Shown: positions 37,501 through 49,364 of the stretch, in pieces
How the letters are laid out: each line of letters begins with the position of its first letter
How positions within the stretch are numbered: position 1 is the first letter of the stretch
Assembly (NCBI RefSeq): GCF_002571385.2
Contig: NW_019218147.1
Span: 3,494 to 67,493 of the forward strand
From: Stylophora pistillata
Taxonomy: Eukaryota
DNA length: 64,000 bases
Direction: 5' to 3'
Made by a program: the position numbers and the translations under genes
Notes under the pieces: generated by a model
Seen by the model: the letters and a program-made list of their open reading frames with translations, nothing else
Databases searched by the model: none
Told to the model about the DNA's origin: nothing

Positions 37501-40500
37501 TGATAAAGCTGCTATGCAGTTAAAAGAAACATCAAGAACTCGTAACTTGGAGAATGCCTGGAGACCTACAGAGAAAAGTACCAAACAAAAAACTGTAAGT
37601 AACAAGGTTGATCATAAGAAAACACTACATGTACAAAATAAAAGCTTGCGGCAACATGTGACTCAGTGCAAATGGATAACAAATTTGTGTTTGTCTGAAG
37701 GTTCAGTTAGTGCGTTGTCATGTAAATACACTCAAAAGTCTCTCATTAGCCATTGGGTAACTGCATCAGCATAAGATTTCCAAGTCAAGGCTTTGTAAGG
37801 CTTTGTGTTCAGCTGAAGCTGTTCAGTCTTCATGTGATAACCCAAAGTCATAAAACAATTGCCAAAAATACAAGTTAACTCACACCTTTCAAATTCTGCA
37901 AGTTGTTATTTTTTAATAAAAGTGTGGTCATGTTCTTGAAGATCAATGTTCTGCCTTGAGCTGGTGGCACAGGAATGCATTCTAACTGGTTAAATCCCAA
38001 GTTCAAGTGTTGGATGTCAGACAAATACTGCAACAAAAAACATCTGGACAAATTAATAAAAAAAAAGACTTTCATAAAAAATGTGAAAAATGATCAAATT
38101 TCATTACAATCACTTATTAATAAAATAATATCCATCCAAAAAAGAAAGGAAAGAAAGAAAAATAGATGAAATTTGCATTTACTTCTTACCTCCCAATTAA
38201 CCAAGGACTCATCATCTTCAGTGATATTAATACTGTTGTGGCTAAGATTTAGGACTTCAGCTGCTGGCAATAGTTTCTATTAACAATGAAATGGAAAGGG
38301 TCAACTTTGGAAATACTTTCTCTTTCTTCAGTAATATCTGTTACAGTTATTGTAGTAACAATTCTAATATTGCCGTTTACATGTATCTTTTTAAAGGTGC
38401 AAAGTTATGCAAATACATTTGAAATAACCTGACTCCCTCATCAAAAATAAATCAAGAATTCTAAATTTCAAAAAAAATAAATAAATAAAGTGATTCACAA
38501 TCAGAAGCTCTATTTGAGTAAAGGGCAGTTAAATGCTTCATCCAGGTGTAACTAGATGGTACGATTCATTTTGCAAACCAGGATAGGTAGATCATTGGAT
38601 TAATTTTCTCTCACAAAAACTGCTACTACAGCTGGATTAATACTATGTACAGTATTTGAAAATTAATCTTGATTTTAAAGTAATTTAACACAAATTCAAC
38701 TGAAAAGAAATGTACAAACCACAGAATCATCAACTTGCACAATGCCATTGTAACTCAAATCCACATTTTTCAGTTGAGGCCAAGCTGATGGGGCAGTGGA
38801 GAGATCTCCACCACAGCGATCAAACACTTCCTGGTATAGAAATAATTATTACTAAGTTGTATGATCCTTTAGTCTCTGATTGAGAGAATATGAAGCTTTA
38901 CAAGAGAGGAGTGGCCAGGATGCTATCCAGATCTCTTGATCTGTATTCTTGACTTGTGCAAATGCCAAAATGACTTTCCATTAACATATAATACTCAATA
39001 AAAAGTGCATACTTACATTAAGTGAGATAAGTGACCTTTTACATGCAAGTGTCTTGAGTTGGGGTCTTAAACTTTGAATTCCTGTGATGAATCCTACTGG
39101 AACTTTCTTGATCTGTTGAAATAGAATAAGCTGCCTCTGTTGTGGATTCATGAGACACAGCCTCATGAATCCACAACATTTTCACCCACTGTGATGATGA
39201 AAATTGTTGTCCATGGGGTACAAACCATGCTAAACCTTTGTCAACTTATTAATGATACTACAATAGCCAAATTGCCCTTAGTTCACACAAGTACATGTAT
39301 GAGAACTGATGTTAAATAACAGGTTTATTACCTCTAGCACTTGCAATGCTCGGAAACAAGAAACGTTGATAAGTCCATCAAAATGGGAACATGCTCCTGG
39401 TACAAGCTACAAGAAAATACAGAAGAGTTATCACCATTTAGAGACTGTTCAGTCACTTATAGCTTTGATAAGCTACTACAGATAGAGAAAGCTTCCTTGA
39501 ATGTGGTCGGGAATGTAGATTAAATTAATAATAAGAATCAAAATGTTTACACATGCAATGAAAACTTAATGTATTCAAACTCATATTACCCGTAGAGAAG
39601 GTGTCCTTCTAAGAAAGTCATGAAGGAATGTAATAGCTTTCCTGTCTTTGTTATCAACAATTTGCTGGTGATTGAAGACATTTCCCTGCTCGTGTATACC
39701 TTGTTGATCTGACATGAGAAAATTATAACTTGAAATTGAACAATTACATGAACCATAAATTGTTTTCTTGATACTGTGGGTCACGATCCTCAAAAATTTC
39801 TTTTAGTGTCGATCCTCAATTCTCGATCCTGGATACTCGATACTGGAGCCTCTATCCTCAATCCTCATTTCTTGATAGTTTCAAGTATCAAGGATCAAGT
39901 ATCAAGTCGAGACTGTCAACTTACTTTTAAGGGGTACTGTAAGACAGCATTAAAATAACCATCATAGAGAGTTATAGTAAAGGTAAATAAAAGGTAAAAC
40001 CCTAAACAGAAAAAGATACAGTAGATGGCTTCTTTAGGCTAGCAGTTAAGCTTTGTATACAAGTAAATTTGGGCTGAATTTGATTAGGATCATCACAACA
40101 AATGCACATACAAGTTGTAAGATCAGATGGTCAAGACAAACAATTAGCTTAGGGGACATCCTCTAGCAGTTTCACAATCAAAATTTTCCTCTTTACCTGA
40201 TATGCTTTCAAAGCACTGATTTAGGAATGCAAGTGATGTGGCTGTTAAGCACAACTGACTCTCTTGCCTTAATATAGGATCTCCTGGAAAAGCAAAGAAA
40301 TGTTAAATTTCCTTTAGTTAGGCCTGGCAGAATAATATTTAAAGATAAGATTTAGCTCACCTTTAATCTTTTGTACAAGCAAAGCACGAATGAAAGAGAG
40401 GCACCCCACCCCCATTGGGAAAATATTTCAACATAGGGAAAACATGCATGACTACAAAATAGTTTTTATTGCTCAAGTGAACAGTGACTCCAACACTTTC

Positions 40501-41260
40501 TGAATAACATCACAATTTTTTAAGAGTCCTTTGTCTCAGCCTACTATGTAACATCTCACTAAAAGTTTATTCCAGGAAAACAAGGAACAACATTCTAGAC
40601 ATTAATTTTGTCCTAACAGTATTGGAGTTACTTTGATTGTTATTTTCTATTCCCCAGATGTTTGCGTTTCATCGAAATTATTTACTACTAAAGGGAATAT
40701 TTCATCTTGTTGTGACTTAACAAGCAATGCACTAACTGCTCAAAGCCTTAAGGAAATATATTTTACTAACTCAATCAAGTTTAAATTTCAGCAGATCGAT
40801 AAGTGAAAGCTAACACCCAAACATGGGAAAATAAATTACTTTCAACCGTCTAAGAATTCTTTCTTTCTTTACTTTAACCAGTGGTAAGGAAAATGAAGAT
40901 CTAACCCTTCAAAAAAAGTTTTAGAGTCTTAAGAGGAAACGGTATCACAGCTGGTGTCAGAACTAACATCATCACATGACCACCATCCTCAAATGATCGT
41001 AATTTGTTCATAAACGACGTGCAATACCAATTTATTCCTTCATGAGGAAGATGCACGCCTCCTGTATCTCAAAATAACGAACTTTCTACTCAAAGAGCAA
41101 GAAAATAAGGTTTTAAAGAAAAAACATTCATTGAACTATGATGTACGTGAGTGATGCACGCAATTTAAGTGATAACAAACCACAATGTTGAAAACGCACC
41201 GTGTAACTGAAGAAGAACCGAAAGCTTGTCCAGAAGATCATTTCCTCTGTGGTATGACAT
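21740..41260 (-). CDS. STK11IP: Serine/threonine kinase 11-interacting protein-like (N-terminal domain, LRRs, Cys ribbon, PH-like, DEP, PH-like); ~30 exons
   Basis: Exon 1 41260-41200 MSYHRGNDLLDKLSVLLQLHG; 40283-40197; LRR exons 39.4-37.2 kb (RCGGDLS..WPQL, LNLGFNQL, LNLQGNPV); CLKCS..CPDCGS at ~31.6 kb; DHKLKLYFEVSLF at ~30.1 kb; DEP exons 26373-25850; 25397-25289; 24689-24523; 24243-24193; 22438-22292 (IKEPWEAQFGVEL); last exon 21754-21740 (EHNM*). The GT-AG phases I checked (5' exons and 28.9-21.7 kb) are consistent; some central exon limits are approximate. Confidence 0.85.
21966..22157 (-). mobile_element. Degenerate SINE-like repeat (duplicated at 6948-7135)
   Basis: Remnant of a tRNA-like segment (ccactgagccac, the reverse of an A-box) within an intron. 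Present in both duplicated blocks. Confidence 0.5.
22505..22787. mobile_element. Penelope-like repeat (family 2): inverted plus tandem partial copies, 15-bp TSD, 3' half of a hammerhead motif
   Basis: Unit gttgtcGAAACGTCagtcactaccaccgacaacagtccttctcaggactacactcacccggacgatcagac occurs reversed (22533-22616), partial (22617-22669) and forward (22708-22790). TSD acattggttagcctg at 22490-22504 / 22788-22802. Confidence 0.75.
22788..23213 (+). repeat. Tandem repeat, 130-bp unit x ~3.3 (plus leading partial unit at 22459-22504)
   Basis: ttggttagcc recurs at 22791, 22921, 23051 and 23181. Confidence 0.95.
23285..23640 (+). mobile_element. 3' fragment of CR1/L2-clade LINE
   Basis: LQVPRSKLKSCGDRRFSIAGRKLWNS...FQKHLKTYL matches the typical C-terminus of CR1/L2 ORF2. 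It is followed by AATAAA and an (ATT)n tail. Confidence 0.78.
23640..24095. repeat. Simple repeats: 21-bp unit x4 (tcattattgttttatcaaata) and (ATT)n; another (ATT)n at 28520-28588
   Basis: Directly visible. Confidence 0.9.
26630..26945 (+). repeat. Degenerate ~28-bp minisatellite (aagcgcgggaaa...tgtaaccagcgac)
   Basis: About 10 diverged units in an intron. Confidence 0.8.
29393..30016. mobile_element. Fold-back non-autonomous DNA transposon (Kolobok-like) with THAP N-terminal fragment
   Basis: ~285-bp inverted arms agtgcacctaaaccca... / ...tgggtttaggtgcact with flanks TTAA / TTAG. ATG at 29658 gives MPTKCVVGGCSNVRNLQEGIALHRF. Confidence 0.8.
36800..37115. repeat. Dispersed repeat with ~140-bp hairpin
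   Basis: tattaaccaagc...ggcccttggtcttttttgtacggacc / ggtccgtacaaaaaagaccaagggcc...gcttggttaata. Confidence 0.7.
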
Positions 41261-41476
41261 TGTGATAGGGTGCTTAAAGAGTCATTTTACGCAATTTTAT
41301 ACTTTCACAAATGTCAAAATTAGTCCCATGATGTCGCCTTGTCTGGAGTTTTTCTTTGGTTGAAATCGAGGCTGAAGTCACGCGCTTTCCTCGGTAATGT
41401 TATGGTCACACTGTAAGTCCGTTTATACAACGTAGTGAATGTCTATAGCTTTCACACGACAAGTCAGCAAGAGAAG
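41261..41476. promoter_or_regulatory. Putative bidirectional promoter STK11IP-like / RSU1
   Basis: Divergent start codons only 216 bp apart. Confidence 0.65.
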
Positions 41477-42439
41477 ATGTCGAAGTCAGTGAAGAAACTT
41501 GTCGAGGAGACAAAAGACCAAGGTTATACAGAGCTAGATCTCTGTGACAGGAGCTTGTCTACGATTGCAGACATTCCAGGATTGAGTAAGTATTCTGGAA
41601 GGTCTTCGAAACAGACATTTGTTCATCAACAATGTCGTTTGATGATCGTCCTCGGGTTTTTTTGTTTTTAGCTGTGCTTTCGCTGACTTTGATTTCCGAT
41701 TTCCGATTAATCGATAATTTATCCCTCATTTTCTTATTTTACAGCGCAGTTGAGGCATTTGGTACGCCTTACTTTGAGTCATAACAGAATAACAGGTGAT
41801 TTTATTTTAGATCAATGAAAATCTTATCACAGGATATCTTTACTTCTCTGTCTAAAAGGGTGGGAAGTTGTGGAAATTCTGGGCATTCCTTTGCAGGGTT
41901 AGGGCTACTTGTACGTCCTGTTTCAGATGTTACTTTTCCGATACCTCGTAAAGAATTGGAGATTATAGTCATTTAAAGGGAAATACTTTGGGCAGTGGTT
42001 CGTCAACTTTAGTTCTCCAGTTAGGCCTAAAATTGTTGAGCTGTAGTCTGTAAATTCGGGGTAAAGATCGTATGAGGGTTTTGACGATTACTTGAAATGG
42101 GTGTATAATTATTTGTACGATGTGCATTTATTCATCATGGAGAAAACTTTTTGGTGTCACTGTTTCAAGAAATAACTAATTCACTTTATGTAATTAAATT
42201 AAAGATTGTTTTATATGGGTATACCCGGTATGTTAATGCTTATTAAGTACATTTTAGTCTATGTACTTTAAATATAAATTCTTGAAAATCGTACGTGTCT
42301 CTTCTTATTTAATTAGCTCTCCCTGAATCGATTGGTTCACTTGAAAACCTGGAGTTCTTGAATGTGTTTAATAATCACATTGAGGTATGTGACCAATTTG
42401 CAATTTCAGCTTAGTTGATATAACCAAATTACCTTGATA

Positions 42440-42476
<37 letters not shown>

Positions 42477-43364
42477 TTCACCCTTTATTTGAAGATAATT
42501 TAGTTCATCAATGGTGTTGATAATGTAACATGGCCATTGTACAGAGTTTCTAAGCTGTTATAAATGCCTAGTTTTTTATTGGTTTGATTACAGTTTGGGG
42601 AAAAATGTGCAAAACAGAAAATGCATTAGAAAAGCCTTCAAATTTTCCTGTGCATCTTTTACAGGAGCTGCCAATGTCACTAGGTTCCTTAAAGAAACTA
42701 AGACACTTCAATGCAGCGTGAGTATTTTGGATTACAATGTCTATTGACTAACTGATTGGAAGGGCTGACAGAAACACGATGGCCTCATCATCATGATGTA
42801 TAGACTTTTCTGTGCTCAACTCATGTCATGACCTTTAGTAAGGTCTATGTGTCCATCAACTGTAGCATAGCTCATTAAAATATCTGATGTAAGGAAAGAG
42901 GGGACAGCCCTGCTTGAGTATAACACTTGCAAAAAGATAGTTATAAAGTAACTTGCTATAAATTCAAGTGTGCATGTCTGTGATTCATGAGAACTTTGCA
43001 AAGCTGACCACCTGTTCTATAACTTTTGCCAAATTGCAATGTTTTAGGGCATGCTGTGGAACAATTTAAACAGTGAAAATACATAATATTTACTTTGGCA
43101 ACAGCCATCTTTTTCACTCAGTAACCATCCTGGATCAGCCCTTGACAAGGAACTGATTTTACTTGTCACATGATACTAAATCCCTCTTCTTTGCAGGGTT
43201 AGTTACTTGAACACAGGTTTTGCATAACTTAAGATAATTTAATTTGGTTATATCAACTAAGTTGAAATTGTAAATTGGCCACCGTAACGAGTTAAGCTTT
43301 TTAACTCATTATAGTGGCCAATTTACAATTTCAGCTTAGTTAATATAACCAAATTACCTTGTTA

Positions 43365-43401
<37 letters not shown>

Positions 43402-45159
43402 TTCACCCTTTATTTTTAGATAATCTAGTTCATCAATGGTGTTGATAATGTAACTTGACCATTGTACAGAGTTTCTAAGCTGATGTTTTGAGCTGATGGA
43501 GGGCTAGCACTTCATTTGTTAGCTTTAGAAAACTCCCTGCAGTGACTAGTTTACAATATCAAGTCAGCTGATAAAACCAATTATTTTTAAACTACCCCCC
43601 CCTCAGTCCAGCACCACAGTTTCTTTAGAAAATTACCCCCCTTGTTCACTTACCATAACTTAGTTGACAATTGCATTTTTCAGGGTGAATCGACTACGTT
43701 CTCTGCCCAGGGGCTTAGGAACAGCATCTGGATTGGAAATCTTGGATTTGACATATAATAACCTTAATGAGAAGTCATTGCCAGGAAACTTCTCTGTTAT
43801 GAGTAAGTTATACAATAAGTAGCAGTTAATTACCACATCAGAAAGCAGAAGATCAGTGGTAAAAAAGCCTCCAGCAAACTAGTCTGGTTTCCTTCAATTA
43901 CATGAACTTCCCCTTAACACAGCACCATTTTCAAATTTGAGGTTGAAGAGAATTGATAGATCGAATCTTTCACACCTTCATTCTCATTTACTTTTAACAT
44001 TAATGTGGGTTGCTAGTGCCATGCAGCAAAACAACCAATGGATTTTAAGGTACTAATAATCTAATAAAAGTACTGGTATGCTTGATTTACAGAACAGCTA
44101 CGAGGCCTCTACCTCGGAGACAATGACTTTGAAACATTACCGCCAGAAATAGGAGAGCTCAGAAACCTTCAAGTGGTAACTTCCTAAAATAAGATTATAT
44201 CTGTATGTAACGGGTTACAGAAATTATCTCAAATTTCTGTATTTGAAGTGTGTTTCCCCAAAGCCTATTATTAGCTTGCTATATACAGTGAAAGGTGTAA
44301 AGTAATTGACTAAGAACTCAAAGTATTTTCCAATTAAATTTTCAAACTAAAATGCAGATTTACTTTATTGTTACAGCTTGTGTTAAGAGACAATGATCTG
44401 TTTGAACTACCAAAAGAGCTGGGAAATTTGAGTAGACTGAAGGAACTTCATCTTCAGAACAACAGACTCACTGCTCTTCCTCCAGAACTAGGTACAGTGT
44501 ACATATACAGTGCTCAACATTCTAAAGTCACCCCCTTCCTTTCAAAACAAAACAAAATAATAGAAAAAATAAGTTGCACACAGATGGACCATAAGGGGCA
44601 GTTAAAATTTTGACAAACAGACAGCACCCAGCATTTGGTGAAGTGCAAAATGTTCATCAGTAAAGTGAATATCAAGGGAGATATCTACATCATCTCCTTC
44701 CCTTTGACCCCTGCAGTAAAATTAGAGATTCTAGTGATTAGGGTTTGGAATGAAATTCACCACTCTGGTAATCACAATACACAATATTATGCAACATTTA
44801 CTCCAAAGTATTAAGTTTTCTCCTGAAATGATTGACTTTGAAGGTGAACTAGACATGGCCAACCCACGACATGTATTCAAACCAGAAGGCAATTCGTGGA
44901 TACAGCAGCTTGAGGATCAAATTGTTCTGGGACCATCACATGTGTTTGAGTACATCAAGACTGATGGATACAAGAGGTTTGTTGCAGAAGACAAATCTTA
45001 ACCACAAATCATCTTCCTTTACTGCCCCTCTTCTTCCAATGAATTTTCTTCATTCTTTTCCCTGCATTTAGTTTGTACGAGCGTCATGTTACTTCTGGCA
45101 ATGCTCCACCACCAAAGAGGGAGAAGGAGAAGACACTGAAGCGAAGCAGAAGAAAGTGA
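41477..45159 (+). CDS. RSU1: Ras suppressor protein 1 (LRR protein), 9 exons
   Basis: MSKSVKKLVEETKDQ..ELDLCDR; LTLSHNRI; LEFLNVFNNHIEELP; LEILDLTYNNLNEKSLPGNF; LYLGDNDFETLPPEIG; LRDNDL..LQNNRLTALPPELG; LGPSHVFEYIK. Exons approx. 41477-41585, 41744-41794, 42317-42385, 42665-42717, 43684-43802, 44092-44175, 44377-44491, 44844-44976, 45071-45159. AATAAA at ~45424. Confidence 0.93.
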
Positions 45160-45894
45160 TTTCCCCAGTCAGAAAGCTATGATAACACAGCACCATTTTC
45201 AAATTTGAGGTTGAAGAGAATGCTGCTGTTTGTCTTGATTAAGTTTAACAGTGTGTATGTCTCAGATTACACCTCAAAGAATTTATTTTGACTGCAAGGA
45301 ATACCCAGGGAACATTTACAGTGAACATATGTAAGAGATTTTGTAAAAATACATGTTTGTACAAGGAAAAAAAGTACCTTGCTTGCATTGATTAAAAGTT
45401 TTCTATTTTTCTACAATTTTGTAAATAAAAATAATGCTCAGAAATAGGAGAAAATGTCTCAATACCTGCATTTTTCAAACCATAGATACAGACCTGAGCC
45501 ATATACAAACAACCTTCTACAATTGATGTACACAGAACCTTAATTATGATATTAAATTTTTTCTATCAAAACAGTAAATTTTAAGCTTCATGGTTTCTTA
45601 AATGAACTAATGGTAGTTAATGTAAAACAGTGTTAATTTTACTTAATTTGTTGATCTGGTATTTCTACATCTTTACAAGTATGAATGAATGTTCTTAACT
45701 TCAATTGACTCTTACCAAAAGTGACCTACAGTTTTAATTAAACCATAGAGATAAAATTTAATCCCAAAAAACCATTAGGATTTCTCCTAAGTGGATAAAA
45801 ATCAGAGAAAACATGAAAGAATCAAAGTACAGAATCCCTTTTTCTGATAAAGCTTGTACTGTACATGTAGAATCACTACACGGTTGTTTTCAAT

Positions 45895-48367
45895 TCAGAG
45901 GGCGTCTGGGTTTGTATGTCGCAGCTTTGTGGAAGTTCTCCCTGATAATCTGGTCTCTTGGCTGATTCTGCTTTTCCATGTAGCTCTTTTCCAATAATAA
46001 CAAGCTCATCTGCTGAAGTGACAGGAAAGTTGTTTGCCACATGGTAAATCCCTGTTGCTAGAAGAGCACCAAATATTGGGCCAAACCAGTAAACCTGAAG
46101 GAACAGACAAAAAAACTTGATTATTTACCAAACACAATTCATGAACACTACAACTGACAATGCCATGCAGAAAAGTTGCCCAATTCCAACTAACCACAAG
46201 TAAAATGGTTAGTCATTTCCATACCAAAACTACTTCAAGCATTAATTTCAGAAGTGTACAAGCCTTTTGGTGAACAGTGCTATGATATGTTCTGGGTAGA
46301 CTTGCACCGAACTTCACAACCCAACTACCACTGCATGTCCAGACACAATTTTTCAATACTATTAACCCAGGGTTAGAGTAAGTAGGGCTTTTAACATTTC
46401 ATGAACATCATATAATTATCTTCACTCCTGATTTTGCCACAGCCTTAACACAACAATTGTCTCTGCAAATATCTACTTTAAATCTAACAAATTAAATGTA
46501 GGTGCATGCACTTATAGCCATTATTCCTTCACTCTTGAATCATAAAAGAATGATCACCAACTAAAGAAGCTCTTGATTGTTAACCAATTTCTCCTTGCCA
46601 GTACCTAGGGAAGTTTATATAACAATATGAAGAATATTCATAATCTTGTTTGGATGTAAAACCTCAATACCCACCCAGTGGTCAGTCCATTGGTGTTCCA
46701 CCAAAGCAGGGCCAAAGACACGTGCAGGGTTTATTCCACATCCAGTAATTGGATACTTAAGTCAACATGTGGAAAATCATAATAAGCAACTGCTAGAACA
46801 CATGCAAACATGAACGGGTTGTGTTAAATAAATCTCAGACTATGCGATGATCCTTCTTCATCACTGAATTACAAATTTTGTGCCCGATCTTTGCTTAGAA
46901 AAGACAAAATTCCACATAAATTTACCTGTGTATTAATTATATAGAGGAAAGTGAAAATGATGTTGCTTGACCAAGCTGAAAATTCTTTTGTTGTAAGTGA
47001 TATGAGTAACACAACCCTACTTTCTTCTTTTCTAAAGAGAGAAATTAGTGGATCAATATCGTGGTCTTACAAATGAAAATTTCAGTCATAAATATCTCTA
47101 AATGGCAAAAGTTTGCTTGAACTCAGACCATTGATTATTACCACAATGGAGTGTTTCGATTACCGCAAAGAGATGACAAGCAGCAACAACCTGACCAAAC
47201 ACCACAGAAGCGGCACGATCAACTATTGTGTGGCCTTTTTCTGTACACATCAACACAGTTAACATTACAGCAACTGTCAGAAGTAACTCCACTCCAAACC
47301 CTGCCCAAGGAGATACTGACTGAATCTTTCCTCTAAGGTGAACAGAGCTCTCCTCAGGAATGATGACGTACAGGAGACCTGCACCAGAAACAGCTGCAAT
47401 CAAAAGGGTACAATGGATGTTCTCAAAGAAGAAACTTAAGCAATTCTTCATCACAAATTGACAAGTCATAAAGATTGAATTGTAAAAATAAGACCGAGAA
47501 GCACTATTCTGGAAGAAAAAGGCCTCTGATTTCTTAAAACAGTTTGCGCTCAAAAAGCGCAAAGCAGTTACTGTTCAGACCTTTTTGGGGGGCATTTTTG
47601 TCTTCGGGATGCCATGGCTATCTTATACCTTGCATCTGTACTATTGGTGTTCGAGAAATTCCGGCAGATCAAAGTTTAAATATTGCTGCTACTAAAATTA
47701 CCATAAAAGAGGGTTTTGAACCAGCTTAATCAATCTAAAACAATTTTTAACTGTCATTAGTAATCTCCTGTATTATTTTAGCGCAAACAGGAAATTTTCC
47801 AAACTGGCAGAGATAATAGCGAGGTCTAGATACGAATTAACGCCTACAACCGTGGCAAGGTAAGGTTTTCGGAGCCGAAAGTTTCGGCACAAATTCAAAC
47901 CGAGAGAGCCACAAGCTAGTCACTTAGAGATGAAAAAATAGGATACTTTCATTTTCTTTCTGAATTTGTACATTTATCCAAACGGCCTAAGACTTGATCA
48001 GAAAGAAAACCACTCATACCAAACTAAAGTTGGCAGTGGTTTCCATGCGAGTAAAAAATAATAATTTCTTACCGCCAATGAGCTGTGCCCATACAAAGCA
48101 TAAAGCCCTCTTTGGTGATATACTTCTGTTTGCCGCTAAAGCAATGGTGATTGCAGGATTGAAGAACCCACCGCCAAAATAAGTCGAAATGTTCGCCAAA
48201 AAAGCACTCGTAAAACCAAAGCACAAAGATATGCTTAAAACGTTTGGTCCTGTTTCTTGCCCCAGCCAGCTTATGGTTGAACCACAACCGATGAAAACGA
48301 AAAAGAAAGAGCAGACACCCTCCACAACAGATAAAAGGAAAACAGTCACGAACTCGTGACAGTTCAT
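45895..48367 (-). CDS. Classical (water-type) aquaporin, 4 exons
   Basis: FFFVFIGCGS; first motif FNPAIT (~48160); exon ~47394-47163 (GVELLLT..CHLFA); YPITGCGINPARVFGPA..DHW (~46756-46676); VYWFGPIFGALLA...DAL* (46093-45895). The ar/R filter appears to be F-H-C-R. The start codon is tentative. Confidence 0.9.
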
Positions 48368-49364
48368 GGTTACTGAAAAATCCAAGAAACAATGCAGAAT
48401 GCTTTTAATTTGAGTATCCGTTGCTGCGCGCGAAATTTACCACTGTTATACTACTCACAGAAGAAGTTGCAAAAACTTCCCCCACCCCCCCCCCACCCCT
48501 TCACTGCCTCCCACAAAAAAAATGCGCAGTTGACTACGCCCAAATTTTCACATTTTTATGCCTTTATAAAAAATAATCCTGGAAACTGAAAATTAGGTAA
48601 TTCGTCGCACATCTGAGAAGGCACAGAAAAATTTTACTTCGTGTCACGTTTAAAGGCCCGAACTAATGCAAGGTTTTACTAAAACTGTTTATGTCGCAGT
48701 GGAGATTAAAATGTTTTCGCTATTTTGTCGCTTGATTTGCGTCGCAAAGAATAAGTGGAATGTTATTCAAAGAATATGAGACACCTTTGGTCAGAGGCCA
48801 TATATAAAAAATGTAATTATGAAATGCGGAAAAATTACCATAAGAGATTTACTGAAGGTTAAATATAGAAAGTAGTTCCGATTATATGGGAACAGGTAAT
48901 ATAGTGTCCAGATCCTGACAAAACCTTGAAATAGCCTTTTTAGGCGTTATACCCATAATATATATATTGTACCCGTAATTATATCTATGGCATGAACTGA
49001 TCGAAGCGGTAATCATAAAAAGTAAAAAAATAACTTCAAGCAGACACCTGATTTATAAAAAAATGCCTTTTGCATGTTTTTGTCATAAATATACGTGATT
49101 CACTAATTCTTTTTAGTCGTCGGAAAAGGGGTGCCCAAAATTTGACCGGAAACGAAGACGTCTAATTTTATAAGTTGACTACTTGTTTTCATCACGTTTC
49201 GAAGTTTCCCGCCCACTTTGCCGGGTCACTACTATAATAGATCAGTATCTGTGATTGGCTAAGGGATTTTCTCGGCCAACCATAACCCTCGATAGAAAAT
49301 ACAAAGCAAATCTTATTCCTAAAAGCTTCGCATCTTCCCTAATTTTTGTTTTCTTTCGACAAGT

